Shown one piece after another: positions 17,090 through 26,215 of a stretch of DNA of 28,812 bases. A program made the translations under genes and the position numbers. The notes beneath the pieces are model-generated. The model saw nothing but the letters and a program-made list of their open reading frames with translations. It had not been told where the DNA came from and did not search any database. Within the stretch, counting starts at the first letter, position 1; each line of letters begins with the position of its first letter. The stretch comes from Planctomycetota bacterium (GTDB lineage Bacteria > Planctomycetota > SZUA-567), in assembly GCA_031547475.1 (NCBI GenBank), contig JAVBRW010000421.1, positions 1-28,812 of the forward strand, given 5' to 3'.

Positions 17090-17854
17090 CTAAAATCCGA
17101 TGAGCGCCCCGCCGTCGACAGGCAGGCAGACGCCGTTGACATAGGCGGCGGCGGCGCTCGACAGGTAGACGGCGGCCATGCCGATGTCGTCGGGCGTTCC
17201 CGTCCGCTTCATCGGGATGCGGCCGAGAATTTTGGCCAGGCGCGGCGCGTCGTTGTCGGTGGCCTGGTGGAACATGGGCGTCTCGATCCAGCCGGGCGCG
17301 ATGGCGTTGACCCGCACGCCGTGCGGCCCGCACTCGCTGGCCAGGGTATGCACCAACCCGAGCACGCCCGCCTTGGCGGTGGAATAACCGGCGACGTTGG
17401 GCTGGCCGATGAAGCTGGTCATGCTGGCCTGGAAAATGACGCTCCCCCGCCCCGCCGCCTTCATCCCCGGAATGACCGCCTTGGCCAGGGCGAAGGCGCC
17501 GACCAGGTGGACGTTCAGGACGCGGGTGAAATCGTCCACCGTCATTTCCTCCACCGGCTTTTTGCAATGGTTGCCGGCATTGTTGACCAGAATGGTGACG
17601 GGGCCGTGCTCGGCCGCTATGGAATCGACCGCGCGCCCGGTGTTGGCGGTGTCGGTGACATCGAATTGGCGGTAGAATACGTTCCCGCCGAGTTCGGCCA
17701 ACGTCTCGGCGTTCGCTTCGGCGGGCCGCGTCCCCAGCGCCACCACCCTGGCGCCGGCCCCGGCCAGACAGCGGGAAATGGCCAATCCCAGCCCGGTGAC
17801 GCCGCCGGTCACGATTGCCGTGCGGCCGGACAATGAAAACAGTTCCAATGCCAT
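17090..17854 (-). CDS. Short-chain dehydrogenase/reductase (KduD / gluconate 5-dehydrogenase-like)
   Basis: 254 aa from MALELFSLSG; TGGVTGLG, LVNNAG, GYSTAK (YxxxK), VNAIAPGWIET, PVDGG. Confidence 0.9.
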   Translation of the reverse strand: MALELFSLSGRTAIVTGGVTGLGLAISRCLAGAGARVVALGTRPAEANAETLAELGGNVFYRQFDVTDTANTGRAVDSIAAEHGPVTILVNNAGNHCKKPVEEMTVDDFTRVLNVHLVGAFALAKAVIPGMKAAGRGSVIFQASMTSFIGQPNVAGYSTAKAGVLGLVHTLASECGPHGVRVNAIAPGWIETPMFHQATDNDAPRLAKILGRIPMKRTGTPDDIGMAAVYLSSAAAAYVNGVCLPVDGGALIGF

Positions 17855-17873
17855 ATGCGTTCGCTTCTCCTTG

Positions 17874-19085
17874 TCATGTCCCGCACGCGCGGCACGCGGC
17901 GGGCGGTTCCTGGTATTTGTACGGTATGCAGTATTCGCGGTGGCCCAGCAGTTCGCCCTTGGTCTGCGTCCCGGCGGCAACCGCCGCCACCATTCCGGCC
18001 AAATCCATGGCGGCTTCGTCGGAGCGGCGATCGCCCCGCAGCACCACGCCGGCGTCGAAGTCCATGTCGTCGGCCATGCGCGCGAACGTGTCGCTGTTGC
18101 CGGTCACCTTGACGACCGGCGTCACCGCGTTCCCCACCACGTTGCCGCGCCCGGTGATGAAAAGAAGCAGATGGCAGCCGGAGGCGGCGAGGGCGGTGAG
18201 GCCCTCGTTGTCGTTGGGGTTGGATATGCCGTATTGCAGCCAATGCGGATCGGGGATGGTGTCCAGGAGCCACAGGCCCGGCCGGGTCGGCCGCATCCCG
18301 ACCTTGAGAATGCCCTGGATCGGGCGGCTGCCGCTCTTGATCACGGCGCCCATGCTTTTTTCCTCGATGCTGGACAGGCCGCCGACAAAATTGCCCGGGC
18401 TGATGGAGTACTGCCGCGTCGCCTTGCAGTAACCAAGCGCCTTGTCGTAGGCTTGCCGGATCGCCTCCTTCGCCTCGGCGTCGGCGCCGCGTCCGCACAG
18501 CAGATCGCCCAGGCCGATGGCTTCGAGTATCTCCTCGAACATCGCCGTCCCGCCGGCATCGACTAGAAGATCGAAAAAACGGCCGACAACCACGTTCCCG
18601 GCCAGGCCGCTCGTGTAATCGCTGCCGCCGCACTCGCCGCCCACCACCAGATCGGCCATGCCCATCTCGACGCGGGGCGTATGGCGCAGTCCGTCCAGGA
18701 GGCGTTTGGCGGCGGCCGCTCCCTTCTCTATCGACTTGAGCGTGCCGCCCGCTTCCTGGATGAACAGCCAATCGGCCTCTTTGCCGGCGCTTGCCGCCGC
18801 CTCGGCCAGTTTGGCGGGCTGGATGTATTCGCAGCCCAGGCCGACGGCCAGGACGGCGCCTATGTTGGGATGGCGGATCAGGGCGGACAGCAGGCGCACG
18901 GCATAGGCGTTGTCGTTGCAGCCGTGAAAGCCGACGACATCGGCATCGTCGCCCGCAAGGGCGGCGATCCTTTTCGCCACGAATGAGGCGCATTCAACCG
19001 TGTAGACGACGAGCAGACGGTTGCGTATGCCTTTCCCGCCGTCCGCCCGCGCGTAACCAAGCCAGCGGAAATCCCGCATCGCCAT
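17874..19085 (-). CDS. UxaA/GarD-family dehydratase, catalytic (beta) subunit
   Basis: 403 aa; GIRN, TVEC, HGC, HPNIGAVLAVGLGCE, ECGGSDYTSG, EEKSMGAVIKSG, FITGRGN. No N-terminal SAF domain. Confidence 0.92.
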   Translation of the reverse strand: MAMRDFRWLGYARADGGKGIRNRLLVVYTVECASFVAKRIAALAGDDADVVGFHGCNDNAYAVRLLSALIRHPNIGAVLAVGLGCEYIQPAKLAEAAASAGKEADWLFIQEAGGTLKSIEKGAAAAKRLLDGLRHTPRVEMGMADLVVGGECGGSDYTSGLAGNVVVGRFFDLLVDAGGTAMFEEILEAIGLGDLLCGRGADAEAKEAIRQAYDKALGYCKATRQYSISPGNFVGGLSSIEEKSMGAVIKSGSRPIQGILKVGMRPTRPGLWLLDTIPDPHWLQYGISNPNDNEGLTALAASGCHLLLFITGRGNVVGNAVTPVVKVTGNSDTFARMADDMDFDAGVVLRGDRRSDEAAMDLAGMVAAVAAGTQTKGELLGHREYCIPYKYQEPPAACRACGT

Positions 19086-19111
19086 TGCCTGCTCCCGGCC
19101 CGCTCCGGCCA

Positions 19112-19447
19112 TCAGTACCGCGTCTCGGCGGACGTGCCGGTGGCGGGATCGAGTTTGTTGGATTTTTCGTCGAAGTTGCTGCCCATGCAATGCAGATGGA
19201 CCCAGCCGCCCTTGCGGATAGGGGCGGTCGCCCTGCCGATGGGCACGCCGTATTTGACAATGTTCTCGCCGGCGGCGATGTCGCGGATCGCGATCTTGTG
19301 TCCGGCCGGCACCTCGTCCACCGCCACCATAAACGGTTCCGCCGCGTCGCCGCGCAGGCCGACGCGCGCGCCGGCGGGCACAGGCCCGAGCGCGGTGGCG
19401 ACATTGTCTTTCGCGTCAATCTGGAAAGCGGTCGGCTCTTTTGGCAT
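19112..19447 (-). CDS. SAF-domain protein, small (alpha) subunit of the split UxaA-family dehydratase
   Basis: 111 aa; DAKDNVATAL, VPAGHKIAIRDIAAGENIVKYGVPIG, GGWVHLH. Confidence 0.92.
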   Translation of the reverse strand: MPKEPTAFQIDAKDNVATALGPVPAGARVGLRGDAAEPFMVAVDEVPAGHKIAIRDIAAGENIVKYGVPIGRATAPIRKGGWVHLHCMGSNFDEKSNKLDPATGTSAETRY

Positions 19448-19461
19448 TGAAAACGCTTCGT

Positions 19462-20127
19462 TCACAGAATGCCGAATTTGGCGAAAGCGGCGGTGGCGGT
19501 CATGCCGTTCTCGATGGCTTTGCGGACCATTTTTTCGCCCGCCGCCTTTTCCAGGGATTTCTCCAAAACCTCGCCGGCGATCTCGGCCGGAATGACCAGG
19601 ACGCCGTCGACATCGCCGAACAGCAGATCGCCGTTCTTGATGGTGGCCTGCCCTACCTCGATGCGGCAGCGGAAATCGACGACCTGGGTGCGGACGCCCG
19701 AATCCTGGGCGTAGCAGCCGCGACTGAAGACGGGCCAGTTCTGTTCCAGCACCTGCGGCGTATCGCGGTGCCAGCCGTCGACCACCGCCCCGACCGCGCC
19801 GCGTACGCGGGAGGTGGCGGTCAACAGCTCGCCCCAGTAGGCGCAACGTTTGGCGCCGCCGGCGGCGACATAAATATCGTTCTTCTCGAGCTGGTCGAGC
19901 GCCTCGGTCAGCAGGCCGAACGGCTTTTTCTGCGGGCCGAAAACATCGATCATGAGGACGGGCATCGCCTTCCCCGCCAGCTTCATGTCGGGCCGGAGCG
20001 GCCGGATCTCGGGCGGCAGGAATTGATGGTAATAACCCATCGTGTCCAGAATATCGCCCACCACCGGCGTATAGAGCTTTTCCCGCATGAGCGCGAACAT
20101 CTCGTCTTCGTTTTTCCAAACAGCCAT
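19462..20127 (-). CDS. RraA-family protein (HMG/CHA aldolase-like, putative 2-keto-3-deoxy acid aldolase)
   Basis: 221 aa; [43 protein letters not shown]. Confidence 0.88.
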   Translation of the reverse strand: MAVWKNEDEMFALMREKLYTPVVGDILDTMGYYHQFLPPEIRPLRPDMKLAGKAMPVLMIDVFGPQKKPFGLLTEALDQLEKNDIYVAAGGAKRCAYWGELLTATSRVRGAVGAVVDGWHRDTPQVLEQNWPVFSRGCYAQDSGVRTQVVDFRCRIEVGQATIKNGDLLFGDVDGVLVIPAEIAGEVLEKSLEKAAGEKMVRKAIENGMTATAAFAKFGIL

Positions 20128-20158
20128 GTCTGCCCCTCTCGGAATGGGAAATGAATTT

Positions 20159-20905
20159 TCAAAAGCCGAAAGCCAGCGCGCCGCCGTCGACGGCGTAGTC
20201 CTGGCCGGTTATGTATTTCGCCGCGTCGGACACCAGGACCAGGGCCATGGCGCCGATGTCGGCGGGATCGCCGAATTTGTGCACAGGCATGCGGGCGAGA
20301 ATCTTCGCCTTGCGGTCGGCGTCCATGACCTGCTTGCTCATCTCGGACGGGAACCAGCCGGGCGCGATCGAGTTGACTGTGATATTGTCCCCCGACCATT
20401 CCACCGCCAGCCCCCGGGTCATGGCGAGGACGGCGCCCTTGCTCGAACAATACGGGACGACTTCGGAAAAGCCGAGATGCGCGGCCATCGAGGATATGTT
20501 GACGATCCTGCCGACGTGCGGCGACGCTTTCAGATGCGGAAAGCACAGGCAGGACAGTTTGAATACGCTCGAGACGTTGACCTTGTGTATTTTTTCGAAA
20601 TCCTCGTCCAAAAACGCTTCCGCCCGCTTCTTGACGGTGACGCCGGCGTTGTTGACGAGGAAGTCCAGCCCGCCCCGCCCGGCCGCCTCTTCCACCGCCC
20701 GGCCCAGCGCCGCGTAATCGCACACGTCGACCGCCCTGTGCATGACGCCGGCGTGCGACTGTCCCGATCCTTCCTTCACCTTGCCGGTGCGGCTGAACCC
20801 GAACACCCTGGCGCCGGCCGCGGCCAGCGCGTTGGCGATGGCCAAACCGAGCCCGCTCGAGGCGCCGGTGACAATGCCGGTTCTTCCGTCGAGGTTGAAC
20901 ATCAT
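20159..20905 (-). CDS. Short-chain dehydrogenase/reductase
   Basis: About 248 aa from [13 protein letters not shown]-overlapping the esterase, with an [42 protein letters not shown]. Confidence 0.9.
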   Translation of the reverse strand: MMFNLDGRTGIVTGASSGLGLAIANALAAAGARVFGFSRTGKVKEGSGQSHAGVMHRAVDVCDYAALGRAVEEAAGRGGLDFLVNNAGVTVKKRAEAFLDEDFEKIHKVNVSSVFKLSCLCFPHLKASPHVGRIVNISSMAAHLGFSEVVPYCSSKGAVLAMTRGLAVEWSGDNITVNSIAPGWFPSEMSKQVMDADRKAKILARMPVHKFGDPADIGAMALVLVSDAAKYITGQDYAVDGGALAFGF

Positions 20906-21690
20906 CCATTCTCCTTGGCAAAAATCACATCCAGCCATTCCACGCATTGCCGGAACCAGCCCGCCACGTGCGGATCGACCAGGCGGTTCTCCTCCGGCTG
21001 GGCGACCTCCCCGGTCGCCAGCGACAGTCCATGGACGCCGAAGGGATAAATATGCATTTCCACCGGCACCCCGTATTCGATGAGCGCTTCGGCGAAGCGG
21101 AGCGAATTCTGCACCGGCACCGTCTGATCCGCGGCCGTGTGCCACAGGAAGGTCGGGGGCGTGTCGAGGTTCACATGCTTTTCCAGGGAAAAGTAGCGGG
21201 TATCGCTATCCGTGCCGGCCAGCCGCTCGAAACTGGTCGGATGGCGGTGAAGGCCGTCGGTGATGACGGGATAGCCGAGGATAAGGGCGTCGGGCCGGTG
21301 CCGCCGCCGCTCCTCCGCATCGGGGAACAGCGCCGCGTCGTTCCAATGCACTCCGAGGCTGGCGGCGAGGTGGCCGCCGGCGGAAAAGCCGCACACGGCA
21401 AGCGGCTTGCCGGACAACCCCGTCTCCTCCCCCAGCCGCCTGGCCGTTTTGACCGCCCAGGCTGCCTCCCGCAAGGGTTTTGTGCCCAGCGCCTCGTCCT
21501 CCACCGAATAGGTGAGGACGATAGCCTGCCACCCCGCCCCGGCGAAGGCCCGCGCCACCGGTTCCGCCTCGCGGGGCGACACGAACCAGTAGCCGCCGCC
21601 GGGACAGACGACGACCATCCCTTTCGCGCCCGGGAGGGGCGTGTATTCGAGCCGCGCCCCGGTCTCCGGGCTGTCAATGCGTTTTTCCAA
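20902..21690 (-). CDS. Alpha/beta hydrolase (carbohydrate esterase-like, BD-FAE/Aes type)
   Basis: About 262 aa from a TTG after an AAAGGA RBS. Oxyanion CPGGGY, nucleophile GFSAGG, Asp (ADQTVP), His (HGLSL). No signal peptide. Confidence 0.87.
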   Translation of the reverse strand: MEKRIDSPETGARLEYTPLPGAKGMVVVCPGGGYWFVSPREAEPVARAFAGAGWQAIVLTYSVEDEALGTKPLREAAWAVKTARRLGEETGLSGKPLAVCGFSAGGHLAASLGVHWNDAALFPDAEERRRHRPDALILGYPVITDGLHRHPTSFERLAGTDSDTRYFSLEKHVNLDTPPTFLWHTAADQTVPVQNSLRFAEALIEYGVPVEMHIYPFGVHGLSLATGEVAQPEENRLVDPHVAGWFRQCVEWLDVIFAKENG

Positions 21691-21719
21691 AATGCCCGTC
21701 CTTTTCTCCAGCGTTTCCG

Positions 21720-23033
21720 TCAGCCGCCCACCTGCACCGGCATAAGCAGGTCGGGCAGGAACATGACAATCCCGGGGATATAGGTGATGATCAACAGCAC
21801 CGCAATCATGACCACGAAGAAGGGAAGGAGCGTCTTGGTCAGGCGCTCGATAGGCACGCCCGACACGGCCGATCCGACGAACAGCGTCCCTCCCACCGGC
21901 GGGGTGATGAGGCCGATGCCGAGGTTGAGGATGACCACCACGCCGAAATGCACCGGATCCATGCCCGCCTTGATGGCGATGGGAAGGAGTATGGGCGTCG
22001 CGACCAGGATGATGGCGGACATGTCCATTATGGTGCCGAGCATGAGCATGAGCAGATTCAGGATCAGCATGATCAGGTACGGGTTCTCGGTCAGGCCGAG
22101 GATGGCGCTCGCCACCATCTCGGGCATTTTCAGATAGGTGAGGAGCCAGCCGAACACCTGCGAGGTCGAGATGAGGATCATGACGATTGCCAACGTGCCG
22201 AGCGATCGCTCGATGACATGCCACATCTTCACCAGCGTCAATTCGCGGTAGACGAGCGAACTGACGAGCATCGCCCACACCACGGCGATGGCGGCAGACT
22301 CGGTGGCGGTGAAAATGCCGGTGACCACGCCCACCACCACGATAAAGACGGTGATCAGCCCCCATACGGCGTCGACGAAAGCGGCGCCGACATTGCGGAG
22401 GCTGAAGGCGTCGCCCTTCGGGTAGTTCCGCTTCACCGCCAGGTAATAGCTGTAAACCATGAGCGCGAGGCCGAGGAATATGCCGGGCACGATGCCGCCG
22501 AGGAACAGCCGGCCGACCGACACGCTGCCCGCCACCATGGCGTACATCACCATGTTGTGGCTGGGCGGAATGAGCAGGCCCTGGACCGAGCTGGTCATGG
22601 TGACGTTGGTGGAAAACTCGTCGTCATACCCCTGTTTCCGCATGATGGGGATGAGGAGGGTGCCGAGGGAGGCGGTGTCGGCGGTCGACGATCCGGAAAT
22701 GCCGCCGAAGAACATCGAGGCCACGATATTGACCATGGCCAGGCCGCCCCGAAGCCAGCCCACCAGCGCGTCCGACAGCCGGATAAGCCGGGCGGAAATG
22801 CCGCCGGCGCCCATCAGCTCGCCCGCGATGATGAAGAACGGCACCGCCATCAGGGTGAACACGTTCACGCCCTTGACCATGATCTGGGCGATCTGCGTGA
22901 GGGGAAGCCCGAGGTAGAGGGTGGTGATCAGGCTGGACAGGCCGATGGCGAAGGCGATGGGGAAGCGGCAGATCAGCATGATGAAAAAACTGCCGACCAG
23001 AAGGAACACGGCGATTGTGTCTGTGCTTTGCAT
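21720..23033 (-). CDS. dctM: TRAP transporter large permease
   Basis: 437 aa; LMAVPFFIIAGELM, FGGISGSSTAD, IPPSHNM, GIFTATE, DPVHFG, GLITPPVG. Confidence 0.96.
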   Translation of the reverse strand: MQSTDTIAVFLLVGSFFIMLICRFPIAFAIGLSSLITTLYLGLPLTQIAQIMVKGVNVFTLMAVPFFIIAGELMGAGGISARLIRLSDALVGWLRGGLAMVNIVASMFFGGISGSSTADTASLGTLLIPIMRKQGYDDEFSTNVTMTSSVQGLLIPPSHNMVMYAMVAGSVSVGRLFLGGIVPGIFLGLALMVYSYYLAVKRNYPKGDAFSLRNVGAAFVDAVWGLITVFIVVVGVVTGIFTATESAAIAVVWAMLVSSLVYRELTLVKMWHVIERSLGTLAIVMILISTSQVFGWLLTYLKMPEMVASAILGLTENPYLIMLILNLLMLMLGTIMDMSAIILVATPILLPIAIKAGMDPVHFGVVVILNLGIGLITPPVGGTLFVGSAVSGVPIERLTKTLLPFFVVMIAVLLIITYIPGIVMFLPDLLMPVQVGG

Positions 23034-23036
23034 AAT

Positions 23037-23603
23037 CTAGTTCTCCCCCGCCAACTGGGTGGCCGCATCCTCCACCAACTCCTTGGCCTCCTCCTCGATG
23101 GTGCCGCCCTTCAGGGTGACGCCCCGGCGCAGGCGGTCGAAGAAGTTGATCAGCCGTTCGATCTCCATCAGGCAGATGGCGACGCCCGCCACCGGGTTCG
23201 CCAGGTACAGCCAGGTGGAGCGGATGCCGACGCCGGTGATGATGTTCCGCCTCGCAACCCGGACAATGAAATCCCAGCCGTAGTAGATCATGAACAGGCC
23301 GAAGACGAATATCCCGATATGGGCGGCGCAGCGCATGACGGCGATGGCCCACTTGGGCGCGACAAAATCGATGACCATCATGCGGATATGGGTGTCTTTG
23401 CGGATGGCCAGGGCGGCGCTGACCAGGGACATGTACACCATGCACATCAACACCACCGGCTCGCCCCAAACCATGCTGCCCTTGAGGACGTAGCGGTTGA
23501 AAACGACAGCGGCGGTGATGGCCACCATGCCGATAAAGCAGAGCTTGCACGAAGTCATGAAAAACCAATAGACCGCATCGAAAAACCTGGTCACAATCCT
23601 CAA
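23037..23603 (-). CDS. dctQ: TRAP transporter small permease
   Basis: 188 aa with four TM segments; VFNRYV...WGE, HIRM; lies between dctP and dctM. Confidence 0.92.
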   Translation of the reverse strand: MRIVTRFFDAVYWFFMTSCKLCFIGMVAITAAVVFNRYVLKGSMVWGEPVVLMCMVYMSLVSAALAIRKDTHIRMMVIDFVAPKWAIAVMRCAAHIGIFVFGLFMIYYGWDFIVRVARRNIITGVGIRSTWLYLANPVAGVAICLMEIERLINFFDRLRRGVTLKGGTIEEEAKELVEDAATQLAGEN

Positions 23604-23640
23604 GATTCATCCTCCCCGCAGCATTGTCGCGGACCGGGAA

Positions 23641-23671
23641 GCCGCGGCCCCGCGCCGGGCGGGGTCGCGGC
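23641..23671. other. Intercistronic GC-rich stem-loop between dctP and dctQ
   Basis: GCCGCGGCCCCGC-N5-GCGGGGTCGCGGC, 13-bp arms with one non-Watson-Crick position. Confidence 0.65.
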
Positions 23672-23685
23672 TCTTTGGAAACAGC

Positions 23686-24696
23686 CTACATGCCCTGGAT
23701 GGCTTCGACATATTTCTCGTAGCCGGAGGCGTACTTCTTGACCACGCCCTTGGTGGCTTCGATGAACGGCGTCTTGTCGGGGATTTCGATGACGTTGGCG
23801 CCGGCGGCCTTGATTTTCGCGAGAAGATCGTTGTCGAGCTTTTCGATGCTCGCCTTGTTCCAGATCTCGGTCTCCTTGCCGGCGTCCATCAGGATTTTCT
23901 TGTCCTCGTCGTCCAGCTTGCCCCAGGCGTCGGAACCGATGAGGACGATGGAGGGGCTGTAGGTGTGGCCGGTCAGCGAATAGTTGGGCGCGACTTCATA
24001 GAACTTGTTGGAAAAATAGCCGGAATGCGGCTGCTCGGCGCCGTCGACCGTGCCGGTCTGGAGCGCGGAGTAGAGTTCGGAAAAGCTGATGGGGGTGGAC
24101 TGGACGCCCAGGGCGGAAGCGGTGTCGGTCAGCAAATCGTTGGTGGGAACGCGCAGCTTCAGCCCCTTCAGGCTGGCCAGGCTGTCCACCTTCACGTTCT
24201 TGACGGTGAAGAAATTGCGGGCGCCCTCGTCCAGATAGAACAGCCCGACCATGCCGGCGTCGATGTCCTGCGGCTCGTGCAGGAACTCCTGGCCGATGTC
24301 GCTATGGAGCACTTTCCACAGGTGGTCGCGATCGCGGAAGATGAACGGCATGCCGAACAGGGCAAGCTTGTTGATGCCGAAGTCGGCGAGGGAGTTGGTG
24401 TTGCCCCGGCACATGTCCAGGGCGCCGCCGCCCATCTGGAGCGTCTGGTACATGCCTTTCTCGTCGGCGAGCTGGCCGGCGGGATAGACTTCGATGACGA
24501 TGCGGCCGCCGGATTTCTCCTTGACCAGTTCGGCGAACTTGTCGCCGCACAGATCCATGATGTGGCCGTCCGGATTCACTTCCGCGTATTTGAAACGGTA
24601 GCTCTTCTTCTCACCGGCCGGGGAAACGCCGGCGATCAGCGCGAAGGCCAGGGAAAACACGGCTACCGCCAGCACCGCAGTCGACATTCTTTTCAT
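23686..24696 (-). CDS. dctP: TRAP transporter substrate-binding protein
   Basis: 336 aa from MKRMSTAV after a GGAGGA RBS. Signal peptide, VYPAGQL, GARNFF, conserved carboxylate-binding Arg in GLKLRV, ELYSALQTGTVDGAE. Confidence 0.95.
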   Translation of the reverse strand: MKRMSTAVLAVAVFSLAFALIAGVSPAGEKKSYRFKYAEVNPDGHIMDLCGDKFAELVKEKSGGRIVIEVYPAGQLADEKGMYQTLQMGGGALDMCRGNTNSLADFGINKLALFGMPFIFRDRDHLWKVLHSDIGQEFLHEPQDIDAGMVGLFYLDEGARNFFTVKNVKVDSLASLKGLKLRVPTNDLLTDTASALGVQSTPISFSELYSALQTGTVDGAEQPHSGYFSNKFYEVAPNYSLTGHTYSPSIVLIGSDAWGKLDDEDKKILMDAGKETEIWNKASIEKLDNDLLAKIKAAGANVIEIPDKTPFIEATKGVVKKYASGYEKYVEAIQGM

Positions 24697-24821
24697 TTGC
24701 AATCCTCCATTGACGAGAAAGAAAAACCGCCGTTCCAGCCACGAACAAAAAGACATCCATCCGCCGACGCAACGCGCCGGGGAGAAGACAAGAGAGGTTT
24801 TGCACAAGTATTATCGCCTTG

Positions 24822-25904
24822 TCAGGCAATGACCGCGTTCAATGTCCGTTGTCCGGATTGAAACAGGGGAAGGGCGCTCCGGAAGACTATCTCGCTTCCC
24901 ACCGTCAAGGTATCCCGGGACGGCGGCACTCCCTTCAGCAAATATTCAAGCAGGCATTTGGCCGCCATATAGGATTGGGAATACGGGTTTTTGTGAAGCA
25001 GGTTGGTGAACGTCCCCCGTTCGAGGAACCGTATGTTCTCCTCGAACACATCGCAACCGATCGCCGGCATCCCGCCCGCCCTGCCGGTCTTTTCCAGCGC
25101 CTTGCCCAGCATGACGCTGCCGCGCGCATAGACGCAACAGCAGGCGGATATGCCCTGGTTCCGCATGAGCGCGCCCACGATGTCCTGATAGACGTCCCGC
25201 ATATTGCCGTTGTCGTGGACGCGGATGACCTTCCCCCGGCGGTCGCGCTCTTCGAAATACGCTTCCAGGCCGAGGCAGATCTGGTAGTGCGCCGGGGTCA
25301 GCGCATTGCCGGCGCAGAGCAGGACATCGCCGGCCGACGCCTGCCATGACAGCAGCTCCGCCACCGTCCTCCCGACCACGTCGTAATTCGGCTCGACGCA
25401 GCACAGCCGGCCCGCTTCGGGGACATCGCTGCCGACCAGGACCATGGGGATGTCGCGCTGCCTGAACCGCTGCAGCAGCGACCGGCACCCGCTGTCCATA
25501 TAACCCAGAGTCAATATGCCGTCGACATCCTGGCGCTCCAGCAGCTTGGCCAGCTCAATCGCCTGGCCTTCGGCGTCATTGTAATACGGGAACTCCAAAA
25601 CCTCGACCTTGAAGTCCCGCATCGAGGACAGATAGTCGTGGAATCCGTCCCAGACATAGGTGAAATAGAACCGGTTCTCGTTGGTGGGCCCGGGAAAGGC
25701 GGCGGCGATGCGAATCGTCTTGCGCTTCAACGAGGCGGCCACCGCGTTCGGGCGATAGCCATGCAATTTGGCGATATCCATGATTCTAAGGCGCGTCTCT
25801 TCGCCGACGCCGGGCTTGCCGGCCAGGGCGCAATGCACTGTCCCGATGGAAACGCCCGCCTTTTCGGCAATATCCTTGATGGTCACACGCTTGGTCAATG
25901 TCAT
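24822..25904 (-). CDS. LacI-family transcriptional regulator
   Basis: 360 aa; HTH VTIKDIAEKAGVSIGTV, hinge YRPNAVAASL, periplasmic-binding-protein-like C-terminal domain. Confidence 0.95.
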   Translation of the reverse strand: MTLTKRVTIKDIAEKAGVSIGTVHCALAGKPGVGEETRLRIMDIAKLHGYRPNAVAASLKRKTIRIAAAFPGPTNENRFYFTYVWDGFHDYLSSMRDFKVEVLEFPYYNDAEGQAIELAKLLERQDVDGILTLGYMDSGCRSLLQRFRQRDIPMVLVGSDVPEAGRLCCVEPNYDVVGRTVAELLSWQASAGDVLLCAGNALTPAHYQICLGLEAYFEERDRRGKVIRVHDNGNMRDVYQDIVGALMRNQGISACCCVYARGSVMLGKALEKTGRAGGMPAIGCDVFEENIRFLERGTFTNLLHKNPYSQSYMAAKCLLEYLLKGVPPSRDTLTVGSEIVFRSALPLFQSGQRTLNAVIA

Positions 25905-25913
25905 TGCCTTATC

Positions 25914-25930
25914 GCAACAAAAACGTTTTT
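25914..25930. promoter_or_regulatory. LacI-type operator O1
   Basis: Perfect palindrome AAAAACGTTTTT (25919-25930) with a central CG, just downstream of the predicted transcription start. Confidence 0.7.
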
Positions 25931-25944
25931 TCCCATATTTTTAT

Positions 25945-25973
25945 ACTATACTCCGCCATGAGCGGTAAGTCAA
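25945..25973 (-). promoter_or_regulatory. Sigma70 promoter of the sugar-acid operon
   Basis: TTGACT(25973-25968)-N17-TATAGT(25950-25945). Confidence 0.75.
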
Positions 25974-25979
25974 ACATAG

Positions 25980-26008
25980 TTTACAATAGAATTTATTTTT
26001 TATATCAT
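25980..26008 (+). promoter_or_regulatory. Divergent sigma70-like promoter with no obvious downstream gene
   Basis: TTTACA(25980-25985)-N17-TATCAT(26003-26008). Confidence 0.5.
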
Positions 26009-26087
26009 ATTACATTTAAAAATGTTACAAAAACATCATTCATCTTTCCCTGCGATATACGGCAAAAAACAGCCAAATATCCCAGAC

Positions 26088-26103
26088 AAAACGTTTTTGT
26101 TGC
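26088..26103. promoter_or_regulatory. LacI-type operator O2 (inverted copy of 25914-25929)
   Basis: AAAACGTTTTTGTTGC is the exact reverse complement of GCAACAAAAACGTTTT at 25914-25929. Confidence 0.65.
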
Positions 26104-26215
26104 ATGACAATAATGGCGATGCTTTTGGCGGCCGGGCATTTTTGCCAGCGCCATGCTCCGCAATCGTCCGGGCAGGCATCGGCCTGCGGCTTCATCCCGG
26201 GCGGCACGGCTCACG

